A DNA stretch of 64,000 bases from the human T2T-CHM13v2.0 reference genome, Homo sapiens. The notes under the pieces are model-generated. The model was not told the origin of the DNA, did not search any database, and worked only from the letters and a program-made list of their open reading frames with translations. The translations under genes were made by a program, and so were the position numbers. Positions 59,623-64,000 of the stretch are shown piece after piece (within the stretch, counting starts at the first letter, position 1; each line of letters begins with the position of its first letter). The stretch lies in assembly GCF_009914755.1 (NCBI RefSeq), contig NC_060931.1, one strand, 5' to 3'.

Positions 59623-62195
59623 CAGGAATACCTGGGAAATGTTGCAGGTTCAGTTCCAGAACACCATAATTAAGTGAACATTGCAATAAAGTTTGAGTCA
59701 TACAAATTTTTGGTTGCCCACTACATATAGAAGTTGTTTACATTATACTGTAGTCTATGAAGTGCACAACAGCATTATGTCTAAAAGCCACAATGTACAT
59801 AGCTTCATTAAAAAATACTTTATTGTGGCCGGATGTAGTGGCTCACGCCTGTAATCCCAGCACTTTGGGAGGCAGAGGCGGGCGGATCACAAGGTCAGGA
59901 GTTTGAGACCAGCCTGGCCAATATGGTGAAACCCCCGTCTCTACTAAAAATACAAAAATCAGCTGGGCGTGCTGGCGGGTGCCTGTAGTCCCAGCTATTC
60001 AGGAGGCTGAGGTAGGAGAATCACTTGAACCCAGGAGGCAGAGATTGCAGTGAGCCAAGATCGTGCCGCTGCACTCCAGCCTGGGCGACAGAGCGAGACT
60101 CTGTCTAAAAACAAACAAAAAAGCTTTATTGCTAAAAATGCTAACGGTTATCTGGGCTTTCAGTGGGTCATAATCTTTTTGCTGGTGGAGGGTGTTTTCC
60201 CAGTGTTGACGGCTGCTAACTGATCAGGGTGGTAGTTGCTAAAGGTTGGACTGGCTGTGGCAATTTCTTAAAGTAAGACAACAATGAAGTCTGCCGCATT
60301 GATTGACTTTATTTCAGGAAAGATTTCTCTGTAGCATGCGACGCTGTTTGACAGAATTTTACCAATAGTAGGACTTCTTTCAAAATTGGAGTTAAACCTC
60401 TCAAACCCTGCCACTACTTTACCAACTAAGTTTATGATATATTCTGAATCCTGTGTTGTAATTTCAACAATATTCACAGCATCTTTAGTAGGAGTAGATT
60501 CCATTTCAAGAAACCACCTTCTTCACTCATCCATAGGAAGAAATACCTCATCCATTAAAGTTTTACCATGAGATTGTAGCAATTCAGTCACAACTTCAGG
60601 TTCCACTTCGAATTATATTTCTCTTGCTATTTCCACCACATCCACAGTTATTTCCTCCACTGATGTCTTGAACCCCTCCATGAAGGGGTTCAAGTCATCC
60701 ATAAGGTTGGAATCAACTTCTCCCAAGCTCCTGTTAATGTTGGTATTTTGACTGCCTCCCATGAATCACAAATGTTCTTAACAGCATCTAGAATAGTAAA
60801 TCCTTTCCAGAAGGTTTTCAATTTACTTTGCCCAGATCCATGAGAGGAATCACTATCTATGACAGCTATAGCCTTACAAAATGTATGTCATAAACAATAA
60901 GACTTGAAAGTCAAAATGACTCCTTGATCCATGGGCTGCAGAATGAATGTGTGTTAGCAGGCATGAAAACAACAATAATCTTCTATGTCTCCATCAGAGC
61001 TCTTGGGTGATTAGGTCTTTTGTCAATAAGCAATAATATTTTAAAAGGAATCGTTTTTGCTGAGAAGCAGTGCGCTTAAAACACTAAGCTAACCATGCTG
61101 TAAAAAGATGTGTTGTCATCCAAGCTTTGTTGTTCCATTTATAGGATAAAGGCAGAGTAGATTTTGCATAATTCTTAAGGGCCCTAGGATTTTTAGAATG
61201 ATAAACGAGCACTGGCTTCAACTTAGCTCACCAACTATATTAGCCCCTAACTAGAGGGTTAGTCTGTCCTTTGAAGCTTTAAAGACAAGCGCTGACTTTT
61301 CCTCTCAAGCTACAAAGTCCTAGATAGCATCTTCTTCCAGTAGAAGGCTGTTTTGTCTACATGTAAACTCTGTTGTCGAGTGTAGCCACCCTCCTCAGTG
61401 GTCTTAGCTAGATCTTCTGCATTACTTGCTGCAGCTTCTACATCAGCACTTTCTGCTGCACCCTGTACTTCCAAGCTATGGAGATGACTTCTTTTCTTAA
61501 ACCACATAAACCAACCTCTGCTAGCTTCAAACTTTTTTTCTGCAGTTTCCTCACCTCTTTCAGCCTCCATAGAATTGAAGACTATATCAGCATTGTGTGT
61601 CACTGGAATAGCGCTTTTAATTTCCTTCAAGAACTTTTCCTTTGCATTCACAAGTTGGCTACCCGGTGCAAGAGGCCTAGCTTTCAGCCTGTTTCAGCTT
61701 TTGACATGCCTTCCTTACTAGACTTAATCATTTCTAGCTTTTGATTTAAAATGAGTGACATACAACTCTTCCTTTCACTTGAACACTTATAGGCCATTGT
61801 AGGGTTACTAACTAGCCTAATTTCATTATTGTTTGTTGTGTGTCAGGGAAGAGAGTGGGAAAGAGATGAGGGAATGGAGGGTAAGGCAGTCAGAATACAC
61901 GTTTATTGATTAAGTACACCATCTTGTATAGGCAGAGTTATTGGCACCCTATAGTACAACACTAACATCAAATATCACTGATCACAGATCACCATAACAG
62001 TTATTTATTAATGAAAAAGTTTGAAATATTATGTGAATTACCAAATGAGACATAGAGATAAAAAGTGAGCACATGCTGTTGGAAAAAAATGGCACTGATA
62101 GACTTCCTTGATACAGGGTTGTCACAAACCTTCAATTTGTAAAAAACTCAATACCTACAAAGAGCAATAAAGCGAAGTACAATAAAGTGTGCCTG
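59623..62195 (-). mobile_element. Tigger1 DNA transposon, near full length, with decayed transposase
   Basis: ta|cagg...cctg|ta termini with TA TSD; minus-strand ORFs 61310-61651 (FEASRGWF...[12 protein letters not shown]) and 60268-60504 resemble Tigger1 transposase. Confidence 0.92.
59827..60122 (+). mobile_element. AluS inserted in Tigger1
   Basis: Full dimer; flanking ctttattg repeat. Confidence 0.94.
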
Positions 62196-62359
62196 TAATA
62201 TGAATGTACAAAATATAGTAGTTTTTGAGATCTTTTTTGGTTATTTTATTATTCATTTTAACTTATTATAAAATATTTTGAACATAAGAAGTAGAGAAAA
62301 TAGTATACCAAATCCTCATTTATTCATCACCCACATCCAGTCCTTATTTTTAAAATTTT

Positions 62360-62518
62360 GTTAATAGACATATAACAATTATATGCATTTATGGGGTATA
62401 TGTCATATTTTGAGACAATTATGCAAGGTGTAATGATCAAACCAGGGTATTTAGGATAGCTCTCACCTCAGTCATTTATCTTTTTCTTGTGCTAGGAACA
62501 TTAAAAATTTTCTCTTCT
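62360..62518 (-). mobile_element. L1MA-type 3' end fragment, cut by the adjacent L1PA
   Basis: Reverse complement resembles the 22240-22420 L1MA tail. Confidence 0.6.

Positions 62519-64000
<1,482 letters not shown>

Overview
Primate (human-like; a hominid-specific SVA is present) genomic DNA covering most of LANCL2 (LanC-like protein 2) on the + strand. Coding exons 2-9 splice with GT-AG boundaries and consistent phases into one uninterrupted frame ending at TAA 39642-39644; exon 1 lies upstream of the window. The rest is intronic or downstream sequence rich in transposable elements: about 30 Alus, an antisense SVA in intron 5, MLT LTRs, hAT/Tigger DNA transposons, a near-full-length Tigger1 and a 5'-truncated L1PA. 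There is also a 15-copy ~31-bp minisatellite and a CpG island at ~57-58 kb. I found no new protein-coding system, and almost all listed ORFs are repeat-derived noise. The most interesting observations are: (1) the SVA carries two nested pairs of direct repeats, apparently its own TSD plus its parent's TSD and a cap-like G; (2) a strong in-frame AG|GT (recursive-type) 3' splice site lies 87 nt upstream of the weak AAG acceptor of exon 6; (3) exon 5 has tandem splice sites at both ends; (4) intron 6 holds a near-perfect CTCF motif. Repeat family names come from recalled consensus sequences, and repeat boundaries are approximate.
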